Origin: Bacilli bacterium
GTDB taxonomy: Bacteria; Bacillota_I; Bacilli_A; RFN20; CAG-826
Direction: 5' to 3'
Assembly (NCBI GenBank): GCA_045628045.1
Contig: JAZQOV010000003.1
Span: 64,001-128,000, forward strand
DNA: 64,000 nt
Shown here: piece after piece, positions 44,636 to 55,345 of the stretch
Numbering within the stretch: position 1 is the first letter of the stretch
Layout of the letters: every line of letters starts with the position of its first letter
Program-made: the position numbers and the translations under genes
Notes under the pieces: model-generated
The model's database searches: none
The model's input: the letters and a program-made list of their open reading frames with translations, nothing else
Told to the model about the DNA's origin: nothing

Positions 44636-44724
44636 TGGCGGAGAGATAGGGATTCGAACCCTAGGTAGGCAAGGCCTACAACGGTTTTCAAGACCGCCGC
44701 TTTCGACCGCTCAGCCATCTCTCC
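44636..44724 (-). tRNA. tRNA-Ser (TGA)
   Basis: GGAGAGA acceptor, long variable arm, GTTCGAATC, CCA. Confidence 0.95.
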
Positions 44725-44730
44725 ATTATT

Positions 44731-44805
44731 TGGTGGACCCAGTAGATCCTGACACTACAACATATCGGTTATGGGCCGAGTGCTCTTCCTTTGAGCTATG
44801 GGTCC
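44731..44805 (-). tRNA. tRNA-Ile2-like (CAT) with aberrant T-loop
   Basis: GGACCCA/TGGGTCC acceptor, CAT anticodon, CCA; T-loop GTCAGGA. Confidence 0.7.
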
Positions 44806-44886
44806 AGATGGTCCGGCAATAAGAATAACACAATTTTACTTAATTAGTTAGTAAATTTTTATTTTATTGCCGGAATTTTAATTTAA

Positions 44887-47800
44887 TTAATCACCAAATA
44901 AACTTCTGAAGAAATCTGCAATTGCATCAAAAATCTTTTTAAAGAATGCGACAATTGCGTTTTCTTCCTTCTTTTCTGGTTCTGGATCTGGTGTTGGATC
45001 AGGAGTTGGACCAGCATTATCTTTTACAGTAATTGTTGCAGTAGCAGTTTTTGCTCCATCAACAGTTGTCACTGTGACTGTTGCTTCACCTGCACCAACA
45101 GCAGTAACAACACCATTATTTACAGTTACAACACTTTCATTACTTGATGCCCAAGTAACTGCATTATTAGTTGCATTATTTGGAGTAACTGTTGCAATAA
45201 GAGTGTAAGTTTCACCTTTATTCAAAGTAACACTTGTGTTACTTAAACTAACTGAAGTTACAGGAACGTCTGTTGAAGTTGCATTAACTGTAATTGAACA
45301 TGTTGCAGTTAATCCACCATCAGCTGCTGTTACGGTAATAACACAATCACCACTAGCGATTGCTGTTACATTACCATTTTGATCAACTGTTGCAACACCT
45401 ACATTACTTGATGAATAGGAAACATTTTTAATTGTTGCATCATTTGGAGCAATTGTTGGAGTTAATTTAAATGTGTCATTAACTTCAAGTTCCTTTGAGG
45501 TAATATCAAGAGTGATTCCAGTAACATGAACAACTGGAGCCTCTTTAACTGTTACAACACATGTATCGAAATTATCTTCTGGTTTATTTTGTGCTGCGCA
45601 AGTGATTGTAGCAGTTCCTGGTTTAATACCAGTAACAACACCTTTATCATCAACAATTGCAACCGATTCATCACTTGAAGTATAGGTTACTTTAGTGTTT
45701 GATGCATTAGCTGGAAGTACAGTTGCTGTTAATGCATGTGTGCAACCAGCGTTTACTTCAAATGAATGTTCACTTAATGTTACTGATTCAACTTGAAGAT
45801 AAATCCTAATATGTTCAAAATCACTATAAGTGCCATCAAAAGATGTAGCAATGACATCAACATAACCTGGAGCAAGTCCAGTTACATTTCCGTTTTGATC
45901 AATTGATGCAAGAGTTGGATCTGAAACTGACCAAACAAGAGGTTCTCCTTCTGGAACTTCGTAATGATCATTTAGATGTGCTTGGTAAGTTTCTCCAACA
46001 AGAATTGGATCTTTACAAACAACATCAAATGCTTGAGTTTTTCCTTTTACAAAAATGGAGAATTCTTTAATGATTTGATGTCCGTTTTGACCATAACCAA
46101 TCTTTCCAACTGCAGTTCCGATCTTTGAAGTATCTGGCATTTCAATTATTGAATAGCCACCAACAGGAACAATTTTTGAAGCTCCGCCAGAGTAGTTAGC
46201 TTTAACAATTAATGCTGAAGTCCATGGGAATTGTTCACCGACAGTAACTTCATCCATTCCTTCATAGAAGGAAACTGATAATGATTGAACTTCACTTTGT
46301 AATGGTTTTTCGTTGTTTCTAAAAAGCATAATTGGAGTATAGCTGCTTCCTTTTGCATAGAAACCAAATTTACCATCCTTATTAAAGTAAAGTTGTTTAT
46401 CTTGATGAGGTTTGCTTGAAACAACCCATTCTTCATAATCTTCATCATAAGATAATGTAAATAAGCATTCATCTGGTAATGTTGAAGAAGTTTCAAGTGC
46501 GTATTGGAAAACGTCATTTGTAAATGACCAATAAGCAACTTTAACTTCTGCAGTTGTTGTTCCTGCATAACCATCTGCTGCTGTATAAAGTGTGAATGTA
46601 AATTTATTATTTTCTAAATCTGAAATACCAACAATGTAGTCAGTGTAACCACTAATATAATCCATTGAACTAAAGACATTAGCATAGCTAAAGTCTGGAC
46701 TTGTTGATGTTTTCATAGTGACAACGTAGCTTGATCCACCAATTGTAACTGGCATGTTAAATTCATAGTGACCATCGCCAGCATCATAAATTGATTTTGT
46801 GTCTGGTTTATTAAAGCCAAGTGTTGAATTGTCACCTTTTAAGAAATAACCTGTGTCCTTGTCTTTAAGTGTGTAATAACTACCTTCTTTTCCGACTTCT
46901 AAAACCACATCACCTTTTGGCATATAACCAAAGTTAGAATAGACAAATCTTGTATCATCATAAGAAAGCTCAGTTCCACCAGTGATTTCGTATGGATTAT
47001 AACCAAGAGTTCCAATAACAATCTCATCACCTACGCCAACATAGTTAGCAGCAACATAAGGACTTTCTTTAACTTCTATTGATTTTTCGTAGTAAACAGT
47101 AGGATCTTTTGCTAAAGCAATTCTTACTTTAGTTGTGGTTTCTTCGATTCTTTCTGGAGTTACTACATAATCATCTTTTGTAAGAGTTTTTGGAATGTCT
47201 TCTTCACCAGGAAGTTTGTATGTAATTTGAACTGATAAATAATTTTTATTTATCTTTTCACCAACAGCGTATGTATCTGTTAATCCACTAATAACAAATG
47301 TTGAGGCATCACCTTTATAAACTTGGATACCATTCATTTCAATATTTCTTAGAGAACCACCAATTTCGACTGTTCCATAAGCTTTTGTACCAGCCACTAA
47401 TGTGCTCCAAGTGATTCTATTAGTTATGTCAACCTTTGCACCGTTATCAAATAAAGCATTAACTTTTGAATTAAGTGGATTTAATGTATCTCCAACAAAG
47501 TATTGTTTCTTTGTAGGTAATTTTTCAATTTCAAAACCAGTGTAAGCACCAACTTTCATTAATTTAATGTGATCTTGAGTTCCTGTTGCTCCACTATAAG
47601 CAAACCAAGTTCCTGTGGATGCACCTGGATTACATGAAAGGGTGTTTCCGGTTACGCTATAAGCGAACGTAAATGAGTCATCATCATTCTTTGTAACAAT
47701 CCAATATTTTGAACTATCACTTGATAAATCAAGTGAAGAGTTCTTAATTGATGGATTGTGGAATAAATAATTTGAACCATTGCTAATTGAATAGGTGTCT

Positions 47801-49404
47801 CCGTCAGCTCCAGTATTTGTGATTGTCCACATCTTTGTTGTATCAGTGTAATCTGGGGTTGAAACATCTTCCAAATCAACATTTAAAACATGCGATCCGC
47901 TAAAGTCAGTAATAAAATATTCACCATTTTCAATAAGAGCATCTTTTTTAGCAATTACTGTAACAACGCAAGTAGCAACTAAATCATCGTTTCCATTTGC
48001 TTTTACAGTGACGGTTGTTGAACCAGCTTTTAATCCTTTAACAACTACGCTTGAACCGATCGCACTTCCTTCAATAGAAAGAACTTGAGAATCTCCAACA
48101 GCCCATAAATAAGAAGTAGCTGTAAATCCTTTAGTTTCACTTATAAGTGAAATTGAAGAACCTTCTATAACTGAGGCGGTTGCTGGAACGCTAATCTTTT
48201 CAGCGCCACTTGAGTACTTATAAATTGATGTTTCTGAAACACCTGATGATGCTTTGTAAGCTCTAAATGTATTTACGTTATAACGTAAATAAACATAAGA
48301 ATCATAAGCTTGGTTTGCAATATTTGATTTGATATTTAATGAAGCAGCTCCAAGGTCCACTGTCCATGAAGACGCAGCGTCCTTTGTATCAACAAATTTT
48401 AAGCCATCTTTATCAATTGCATATGTTGATAAATATTTGCCCGATGCATTTTTAAATGCATAGGTTCCATTAATTGAACCGGCTTCAACTGTATAAACAC
48501 CAACTTCATCAGTCGATAAAACATTAACTTGATTATTTGAAATTGAGACACTTGTTGTATCTAGATAGTGTTTATATGCAACATCTGCAGTTGTTAATGT
48601 TGCTTTTGCTGCCTTAGATGCGCTGTCATTTACAAACAAAATTTGATCACCAACTTCAATTGATGATGCTTTTGTATAAACTGTTGGCTTTTCACCTTGA
48701 GTTACAGACACTGTAAATGTTGTCGTAACATCTTCACCACTAGTGGTGGTTGGAGTGTTACTCGCTTTATAAGTAACTGTAACAACTTGTGGTCCAACTG
48801 TATTTAAAATGGTTCCTTCTGCAGGTGAAAATTCGCATTTTGATGCAACATTATACGTTTCTTCATTGCTTAATGTTGCGATAACTTTGACACCACTATA
48901 AGAAATTGCAGTTCCGGTTTGCACAGCCTTTGGAGCTGATTCGACTGCTAAAGAAGATACGGTTCCATCAGAAACAGCAAATGTCACAGTAATCGAATTA
49001 AATCTCACTTGTTTTGACATCGTGTGTGACCAAGTAAAATCATTAACTCCACTTACACCATTTACTAAAGAGGATTCAGAATAGGAAGAATTCATGTCAA
49101 AGGCAATGCTGCCAATCTTGTAGTTCTTTGAACTAATAGTGAGTTTTTTGCCACTATAAACACGTAAAACACCATTTGTGGCATAGCCACCAGTAGTTGA
49201 AACTGTTACATCATTGCTAGTGTAAGAAAATGACGATCCACTTCCACCATTCGATGAACCTTTATCTGCAAAAGAATTAAAGGTAACAGAATTAGAATCT
49301 TCAGCTTTAACTTCGCAAACTGTTTTATTAACGAAAACACTTGGAACTGCGAGCAATCCACCAAGTAATGCTAATGCAAATAATTTGATTTTATTTCTTT
49401 TCAT
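44887..49404 (-). CDS. Large secreted surface protein with multiple bacterial Ig-like domains
   Basis: Signal peptide VKA/E; C-terminal Big_2 repeats (P.NATN..VTW.SS..SV.TV..G.VT), PTK..Y..GD.L Ig units, Pro-rich linker. Confidence 0.85.
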   Translation of the reverse strand: MKRNKIKLFALALLGGLLAVPSVFVNKTVCEVKAEDSNSVTFNSFADKGSSNGGSGSSFSYTSNDVTVSTTGGYATNGVLRVYSGKKLTISSKNYKIGSIAFDMNSSYSESSLVNGVSGVNDFTWSHTMSKQVRFNSITVTFAVSDGTVSSLAVESAPKAVQTGTAISYSGVKVIATLSNEETYNVASKCEFSPAEGTILNTVGPQVVTVTYKASNTPTTTSGEDVTTTFTVSVTQGEKPTVYTKASSIEVGDQILFVNDSASKAAKATLTTADVAYKHYLDTTSVSISNNQVNVLSTDEVGVYTVEAGSINGTYAFKNASGKYLSTYAIDKDGLKFVDTKDAASSWTVDLGAASLNIKSNIANQAYDSYVYLRYNVNTFRAYKASSGVSETSIYKYSSGAEKISVPATASVIEGSSISLISETKGFTATSYLWAVGDSQVLSIEGSAIGSSVVVKGLKAGSTTVTVKANGNDDLVATCVVTVIAKKDALIENGEYFITDFSGSHVLNVDLEDVSTPDYTDTTKMWTITNTGADGDTYSISNGSNYLFHNPSIKNSSLDLSSDSSKYWIVTKNDDDSFTFAYSVTGNTLSCNPGASTGTWFAYSGATGTQDHIKLMKVGAYTGFEIEKLPTKKQYFVGDTLNPLNSKVNALFDNGAKVDITNRITWSTLVAGTKAYGTVEIGGSLRNIEMNGIQVYKGDASTFVISGLTDTYAVGEKINKNYLSVQITYKLPGEEDIPKTLTKDDYVVTPERIEETTTKVRIALAKDPTVYYEKSIEVKESPYVAANYVGVGDEIVIGTLGYNPYEITGGTELSYDDTRFVYSNFGYMPKGDVVLEVGKEGSYYTLKDKDTGYFLKGDNSTLGFNKPDTKSIYDAGDGHYEFNMPVTIGGSSYVVTMKTSTSPDFSYANVFSSMDYISGYTDYIVGISDLENNKFTFTLYTAADGYAGTTTAEVKVAYWSFTNDVFQYALETSSTLPDECLFTLSYDEDYEEWVVSSKPHQDKQLYFNKDGKFGFYAKGSSYTPIMLFRNNEKPLQSEVQSLSVSFYEGMDEVTVGEQFPWTSALIVKANYSGGASKIVPVGGYSIIEMPDTSKIGTAVGKIGYGQNGHQIIKEFSIFVKGKTQAFDVVCKDPILVGETYQAHLNDHYEVPEGEPLVWSVSDPTLASIDQNGNVTGLAPGYVDVIATSFDGTYSDFEHIRIYLQVESVTLSEHSFEVNAGCTHALTATVLPANASNTKVTYTSSDESVAIVDDKGVVTGIKPGTATITCAAQNKPEDNFDTCVVTVKEAPVVHVTGITLDITSKELEVNDTFKLTPTIAPNDATIKNVSYSSSNVGVATVDQNGNVTAIASGDCVITVTAADGGLTATCSITVNATSTDVPVTSVSLSNTSVTLNKGETYTLIATVTPNNATNNAVTWASSNESVVTVNNGVVTAVGAGEATVTVTTVDGAKTATATITVKDNAGPTPDPTPDPEPEKKEENAIVAFFKKIFDAIADFFRSLFGD

Positions 49405-49525
49405 AACGAATACCTCGATAAATAATAAAAAAATGCGATTAGTCCTTTGGATTAATCACATTCTTACGTATTTCATATTTTTATTATACACGTAAAGCAC
49501 AAAGTAACCAACTTAAAATAAAATT

Positions 49526-50140
49526 TTATCTATTCTGATGCTCTCTTATTTTATTAACGACAGCGTCTTTAACTTCCACTTCATCTGCGTCCCCAATAAA
49601 AGGTGAGAAAATTTTACCAGATGTATTTGGATGTTCTTTAGCGTCCATAATCATTGCATTTTTTAACAACTTCCATTTTGAAGAAAAAATATCAACGCAA
49701 ATCTCAAGAACAACTTTTAAAATGAACATTAATAACGACAAAGTCGTTAAAACAATAGAAAACGGTTTTATTGCATCACCAGCAGTTGCTGAATAAAGAG
49801 TGTAAAAAGAGCTCACTAAAGCAGCAGCATTTAATAAAATTCTAATCCATGCATAGATGAATCTAAGTTTCTTATTTGGGTCAGGTTTTTTAAGTTTTTT
49901 GAAAATTGCATCTAAGACTGCGTAAATAATTAGAACACATATCAAAATAATATTGATTATTAAGTTACCTGTATTTGTGACCAAATTATAAATAACGGTT
50001 CCTAATGAGAAAACTAAAAATATCCACTTAATTACCACTAGATAACGTTTAAAATCCTCAACAATAAGTTCAATAGCTGTCTTCGTGTTTGAGACTCTTT
50101 CTTTTACAAATGAGCCTGCTAATTTTGAAAAAATTCCCAT
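49526..50140 (-). CDS. Hypothetical membrane protein (4 TM)
   Basis: Hydrophobic segments; follows the ABC pair. Confidence 0.7.
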   Translation of the reverse strand: MGIFSKLAGSFVKERVSNTKTAIELIVEDFKRYLVVIKWIFLVFSLGTVIYNLVTNTGNLIINIILICVLIIYAVLDAIFKKLKKPDPNKKLRFIYAWIRILLNAAALVSSFYTLYSATAGDAIKPFSIVLTTLSLLMFILKVVLEICVDIFSSKWKLLKNAMIMDAKEHPNTSGKIFSPFIGDADEVEVKDAVVNKIREHQNR

Positions 50141-50160
50141 TTTTGTACCTTCTTTAAATA

Positions 50161-51918
50161 TTATTTAAACTGTAACTCGTAGAGTTTGTAGTAATAATTT
50201 TTGTTTTTTAACAATTCTTCATGAGTTCCGCTTTCGACAATTCGTCCATGTTGCAAACAGATAATTTTATCTGCATGTTGAATTGTTGAAAGTCTATGCG
50301 CAACAACAAGCATTGTGCCAAGCGTGGACATTTTGTTAAGTGAATCTTGAATTAAAACTTCAGTTTCTGTATCAATGTTTGCTGTTGCCTCGTCAAGAAG
50401 TAAAATCTCTGGTTTATGAAGTATAGTTCTTGCGAACGAAAGGAGTTGCTTTTGACCTTGTGAAAAGTTGTCACCACGTTCCACCACATCTTCTTCTAAA
50501 CCATTATCAAGTTTTTTAATAAAATGATTTGCATTAACATATTCACAAGCTTGATTAATTTCTTCATGAGTAAATTTGTCCTCGAAAAGTGTAATATTAG
50601 CTTTAATATCTCCAGAGAAAAGGAAAACGTCTTGAAGCATTTGTCCAATGCCTTTTCTTAAAGATGATATTTTAATATCATTTATATCAACATCATCGAT
50701 TAAGATTTGTCCTTTTTGTGGAACATAAGCCTTAGTTAAAAGCGAGAAAATTGTTGTCTTTCCAGCGCCTGTTGCACCTACAAATGCACACGTTTCTCCC
50801 TTCTTAACAACAAAGCTAACATCCTTCAAAACCCAGTTACGATTGTCATAAGAAAACCAGACATTTTTGAATTCGATTTTTCCTTTAAAGTGAGGAACGT
50901 CTTTAGCATCAACCTTATCCACTACTTTTGGAGGAACATCAAGTAAAGAGAATAATCTTTCACATGATGTTAAGGCTCTTTCAATGTGAACATATTGATG
51001 AGAAATTTCTTCAATTGGATTAAAGAATTTCGAAATATAAAGATAGAATGCAACAACTGCACCAGCGCTTAAACCAACATTTGCAGAGAATAAAAAGACA
51101 ACAGCAATGCAAAGATAAAGTAAGAAATTAATAAATGGTTTATAAATAGAGAATGAAATCATCATTGAGTAACGAGTATCTCTCATCCTTTTATTTTTCA
51201 AATAAAATTCATCTTTCATTTTATTTTCTTGATTGAAAATTTGAATGATTTTCATACCTTGAATATCTTCACTTAATGCAGTGTTTAAATCAGAAATATA
51301 ACCTTTTTCTAATCTAAATAATTTTGATGTTCTTCTTCTAAAGAAAATTGAAACAATAAGAACGATTATTGCAAACCCTAAAACAATTAATGAAAGTTTG
51401 ACCGAAATCGAAAGCATAATCGCGTATATTCCAACAACTGTCACTAAATTACGAATTAAGTTAACGATTTGACTTGTGAAAAGATCACTTAATTGAGATG
51501 TGTAAGAACAAACTCTAGTAACTAATGAGCCTGTTGGCATCATGCCAAATTGATCAAGGGACATACCTTGAATATGTTCAAATGTTTCAACACGAAGGTT
51601 GTATACTACCTTATTGCCGGCTTTTTGCAATAACCAAGTCTCTAAAAATCTAAATGCTTGGTTAATAAGAGAAATTCCAAAATATGAAATAGCGATAGAT
51701 ATAATAATCTTCAATTGAATATTAACTGGATCTTGTAAATTATCAACAACTTGCTCGATAAATAATGGAAGTATAATATCTAAACCAACATTAATAAAGA
51801 CGACTAAAAGGGCTAATATGATTAGCCAACGAACCGCTTTGAAATACTTGTAGCATTTCTTTAAAAGTTCCTTAAAAGGGTACTTACGATCGCCAACAAG
51901 CTTTTCTTTGTCGTCCAT
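50161..51918 (-). CDS. ABC exporter, fused TMD-NBD subunit B
   Basis: GATGAGKT, FSQGQKQ, LLLDEATA. Confidence 0.92.
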   Translation of the reverse strand: MDDKEKLVGDRKYPFKELLKKCYKYFKAVRWLIILALLVVFINVGLDIILPLFIEQVVDNLQDPVNIQLKIIISIAISYFGISLINQAFRFLETWLLQKAGNKVVYNLRVETFEHIQGMSLDQFGMMPTGSLVTRVCSYTSQLSDLFTSQIVNLIRNLVTVVGIYAIMLSISVKLSLIVLGFAIIVLIVSIFFRRRTSKLFRLEKGYISDLNTALSEDIQGMKIIQIFNQENKMKDEFYLKNKRMRDTRYSMMISFSIYKPFINFLLYLCIAVVFLFSANVGLSAGAVVAFYLYISKFFNPIEEISHQYVHIERALTSCERLFSLLDVPPKVVDKVDAKDVPHFKGKIEFKNVWFSYDNRNWVLKDVSFVVKKGETCAFVGATGAGKTTIFSLLTKAYVPQKGQILIDDVDINDIKISSLRKGIGQMLQDVFLFSGDIKANITLFEDKFTHEEINQACEYVNANHFIKKLDNGLEEDVVERGDNFSQGQKQLLSFARTILHKPEILLLDEATANIDTETEVLIQDSLNKMSTLGTMLVVAHRLSTIQHADKIICLQHGRIVESGTHEELLKNKNYYYKLYELQFK

Positions 51919-53714
51919 TATTTGCCCTCCTTTAATTCATCTTCAAGTTTTTGAAGGTACACCATTTTCTTATATGTTGGAGAAATTTTTAATAAATTTG
52001 CAGGTGTATCAAATGCCTCAACTTTTCCTTCATCTAATACTAGAATTTTATCCATTTTATTAACTGTAGATATTCTAGATGCAATGACGATTGTGGTTTT
52101 TCCTTTGCGTAATAACGCAATATTTTCCAAAATTTCTTCTTCTGTTTTAATATCAACAGCACTAACTGAGTCATCTAAAATCATAATTGGAGCACGTTTA
52201 ACATAGGCTCTTGCGATTGCAATTCTTTGTTTTTGACCACCAGAAAGAGAAATACCTCTTTCTCCAGTTAATGTTTGGAATTTGTTCTCAAATCCATCAA
52301 TATCTTTTTTAATTTCAGAAAATTCTGCACCAGCTTCGATAAGAGGGAAAGCTGTATCTTTATTACCAAACCTAATATTGTTTTCAATCGTGTCTGAGAA
52401 TAAATAGTTTTCTTGAGGAACTACTGCAATCGCCTGACGCACAGATTTTGTAGTACATTTCATAATATCTTTATCATCGATAAAGATTGTGCCTTCTGAA
52501 ACGTTATATAGACGCGACAAAAGATTAAGAATTGTGGTTTTACCTGAGCCAATTCTTCCAACAATACCAACTGTTTCTCCAGCGTTTATTTTAAAAGAAA
52601 TATCTGACAAATAATTTTTACTCTTACCAGGATAAGTGAAATAAAGATGCTTAAATTCAACATTCCCTTTAACATTTTCGAGTTCTTTTGCATTCTTGCA
52701 ATCAGAAATTGTTTCTGGAGCAAACAAGAAATTTTCAATTCTATTTAAAGATGTTTTTGCTCTTGAATGCATTGTGATAACTTGTCCAAGTGCGATAAGT
52801 GGCCAAACAAGATTTGCGAAATATGAAAAGAAAACAACCAAAGTTGCAGCATCTAATTTAACAACATGCCCAAATAAAGAAAATCCGCCATCTTTAACTG
52901 TTTTAAAAACAAAAAATCCACCAAAACCAAGGATCATAGAGATAACTGCGGCTATGATAATTTCAATACAAATATCAAAACCAACACCATACATACCCAA
53001 GGTGATATCAGCTTTTTCGTTCTTTCTTGCAATTTTGGAGAATCTAATAAGTTGATGGTTTTCCTTTAAGAAAGCTTTAATAACTCTAATTCCAGAAAAT
53101 CCTTCGTCTGTAAAATCATATAGTTCATCAAGCGCTTTTTGTCTACTTAAGTACTTTTCAGACATGATTTTTTCAACATATAAACCCCAGAAAACAATTA
53201 AAATAACTGGTATAAAAATTATGAGTGAAATAACCCAATCAAGAAGAAGCATCTTAATAATACAAAGTATTGTTAAGAAAATGCCATCAACAAGCATGAC
53301 TGTGCCCCATCCAAAGTATTCTTGTATTTCTTCTGTATCTTGCGTAATCCAAGACATTAAAGTTCCGGTCTTAACGTTATGATAATATTCAACATCTAAA
53401 CGCTCAGCTTTCTCAAACATTTCTTGTCTAAGGCCAAACGCTACACCAGTGGAAACTCTAAATAAGGCTGTTCTAAATAAAATACGCCCAACAAACATCA
53501 TGGCGGAAATTACAACTATCTGAATACAAATCTTAGAAACATCGTTGAAAATCTCACTTGCAACATAGTTTTCATCAAAAAGACTAACAATGTCTCCAAG
53601 TAATTCAGGAATATATAAAGAAAGCCAATCAACGCCAATAAGGAAAAGAACACTTACTAATAATAGTAAAATATAGTGTTTATAATACTTTTTTAGTGAT
53701 TTCCCTAATAACAT
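51918..53714 (-). CDS. ABC exporter, fused TMD-NBD subunit A (degenerate site)
   Basis: GRIGSGKT, LSGGQKQR, ILDDSVS; heterodimeric exporter pair. Confidence 0.92.
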   Translation of the reverse strand: MLLGKSLKKYYKHYILLLLVSVLFLIGVDWLSLYIPELLGDIVSLFDENYVASEIFNDVSKICIQIVVISAMMFVGRILFRTALFRVSTGVAFGLRQEMFEKAERLDVEYYHNVKTGTLMSWITQDTEEIQEYFGWGTVMLVDGIFLTILCIIKMLLLDWVISLIIFIPVILIVFWGLYVEKIMSEKYLSRQKALDELYDFTDEGFSGIRVIKAFLKENHQLIRFSKIARKNEKADITLGMYGVGFDICIEIIIAAVISMILGFGGFFVFKTVKDGGFSLFGHVVKLDAATLVVFFSYFANLVWPLIALGQVITMHSRAKTSLNRIENFLFAPETISDCKNAKELENVKGNVEFKHLYFTYPGKSKNYLSDISFKINAGETVGIVGRIGSGKTTILNLLSRLYNVSEGTIFIDDKDIMKCTTKSVRQAIAVVPQENYLFSDTIENNIRFGNKDTAFPLIEAGAEFSEIKKDIDGFENKFQTLTGERGISLSGGQKQRIAIARAYVKRAPIMILDDSVSAVDIKTEEEILENIALLRKGKTTIVIASRISTVNKMDKILVLDEGKVEAFDTPANLLKISPTYKKMVYLQKLEDELKEGK

Positions 53715-53838
53715 ATATAATAAATTTTATTTCAACTTTAGATTTATCTAGCGAATAAATATACGATTATTGTGAATGTTTATTTACCAATTGTAAAGTT
53801 TTTAAATAAAAAAGACCAAATTGGTCTTATTATTTCAT

Positions 53839-53915
53839 TGGTAGCTGAGGTCGGATTTGAACCAACGATCTTGGAGGTATGAGCTCCCTGCTCTAACCAG
53901 CTGAGCTACTCAGCC
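53839..53915 (-). tRNA. tRNA-Met (elongator, CAT)
   Basis: GGCTGAG acceptor, CTCATAC loop, GTTCAAATC, CCA. Confidence 0.88.
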
Positions 53916-53924
53916 AAATAAAAA

Positions 53925-54000
53925 TGGTGGATCTGAAGAGGATCGAACTCTCTACCTCCTGAATGCAAATCAGGCGCTCTCCCAGATGAGCTACAGACCC
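53925..54000 (-). tRNA. tRNA-Ala (TGC)
   Basis: G3:U70 pair, TTTGCAT loop, CCA. Confidence 0.95.
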
Positions 54001-54071
54001 ACGAGTTATAAGCGATTTCCGCTTACAAGTTATGTATTATACATACAATATTTTCAATAAACAAGAAAAAT

Positions 54072-55025
54072 CTACTTTTTAACTCCTTGGTATTTTCTTA
54101 TTGGTAAATATCTAAAAACTTGTTTTTGATAAGTCTCATATTCAACATACTTTTTAACAGAAATACCTTCCGCCATTCTTGAACTTCCCATAAAAATCAT
54201 TAAAAGAAGCATCGAACCAACAATTGACCAGTTAAAAATTCCCCCGGTAGCTACACCGCTTCCAATTACAAATGTATATAATGAAACCCAAATTCCTTGT
54301 TCTCCTAAATAATTAGGATGTCTTGAACGACTCCAAAGTCCACTTGTATTAAATCCACGATTATAAGGTTCAGGAAGTTCATTAAGTTTTTTGCCTTTAT
54401 TCAAATACTCATATTTCTTAACTTGGAACTTATTTTGCTCTTTGTCTGCAATAACTTCTAAAAGAAGGAAACCAAACATACAGATTGTTGCAATAACATC
54501 AACAACTCCAAATTGTTTTGTGCTTTCCATAATCGCAAGTGCTGGAAGAGTTGTGCCTAAGACAACAATATTTTGAACACCGCTTATGAAAAATAAGTCA
54601 AAAAATCCCCAAATAACTTTGTTATCTAAAGGTTTTTGTTTTCTTAAATAAATCCAGCGATAATCTTCTTCTCCGGTCCAAAATTTAATAGAATAAGCAC
54701 CTTTTTTAGCGAAGTTATAGGTTAATCTTACACCCCAAAGTGTCACAATAATTGCGATTATTACTAGTCTAATTTTCATCTCACCCATTGCTGCGATAAC
54801 CCAAGTATATACGATTGGAAGAATGCTCCAAAGTTTATCCATTTGTGAGTTATTTCGACTTATTTCACCAACAATAAAACAATAAGCCATGCTTGAAACA
54901 CAAATAATTAAAAGAATATTGAGTGTTTCTTTTTGAAGTTCTGTTAAATTAACTCCTTGGACAAACCCAAGAACAATGAAAGCTATTGCAAGAAATAAAC
55001 TGATAACTAATTTAATTGTTTTCAT
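54072..55025 (-). CDS. DUF1295 (steroid 5-alpha reductase-like) membrane protein
   Basis: MDKLWS, WGVRLT, EDYRW, ADKEQ, GLWSRSRHPNYLGE. Confidence 0.85.
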   Translation of the reverse strand: MKTIKLVISLFLAIAFIVLGFVQGVNLTELQKETLNILLIICVSSMAYCFIVGEISRNNSQMDKLWSILPIVYTWVIAAMGEMKIRLVIIAIIVTLWGVRLTYNFAKKGAYSIKFWTGEEDYRWIYLRKQKPLDNKVIWGFFDLFFISGVQNIVVLGTTLPALAIMESTKQFGVVDVIATICMFGFLLLEVIADKEQNKFQVKKYEYLNKGKKLNELPEPYNRGFNTSGLWSRSRHPNYLGEQGIWVSLYTFVIGSGVATGGIFNWSIVGSMLLLMIFMGSSRMAEGISVKKYVEYETYQKQVFRYLPIRKYQGVKK

Positions 55026-55098
55026 AGTGCTACCCACCTAACTAATTTAATTATATATTTTCAAATAAAAAAACTCCAATAGGAGTTTATTTTCTAAA

Positions 55099-55175
55099 TG
55101 GTCGGGGCGACAGGATTTGAACCTGCGACCTTTTGTTCCCAAAACAAACGCGATACCAAGCTACGCTACGCCCCG
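55099..55175 (-). tRNA. tRNA-Pro (TGG)
   Basis: CGGGGCG acceptor, TTTGGGA loop, CCA. Confidence 0.95.
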
Positions 55176-55199
55176 ATAAATATTTCTGTTAGCTAGAAC

Positions 55200-55276
55200 T
55201 GGCGCGCCTGAGATGACTCGAACATCCAACCCTCAGATTCGTAGTCTGATACTCTATCCAGTTGAGCTACAGGCGC
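55200..55276 (-). tRNA. tRNA-Arg (ACG)
   Basis: GCGCCTG acceptor, CTACGAA loop, CCA. Confidence 0.95.
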
Positions 55277-55345
55277 GTTTTTTAATTTAAGCGCTCAATT
55301 ATCTTATCACTATTGATTTAATAATCAAGCGCTTATTAATCTAAA

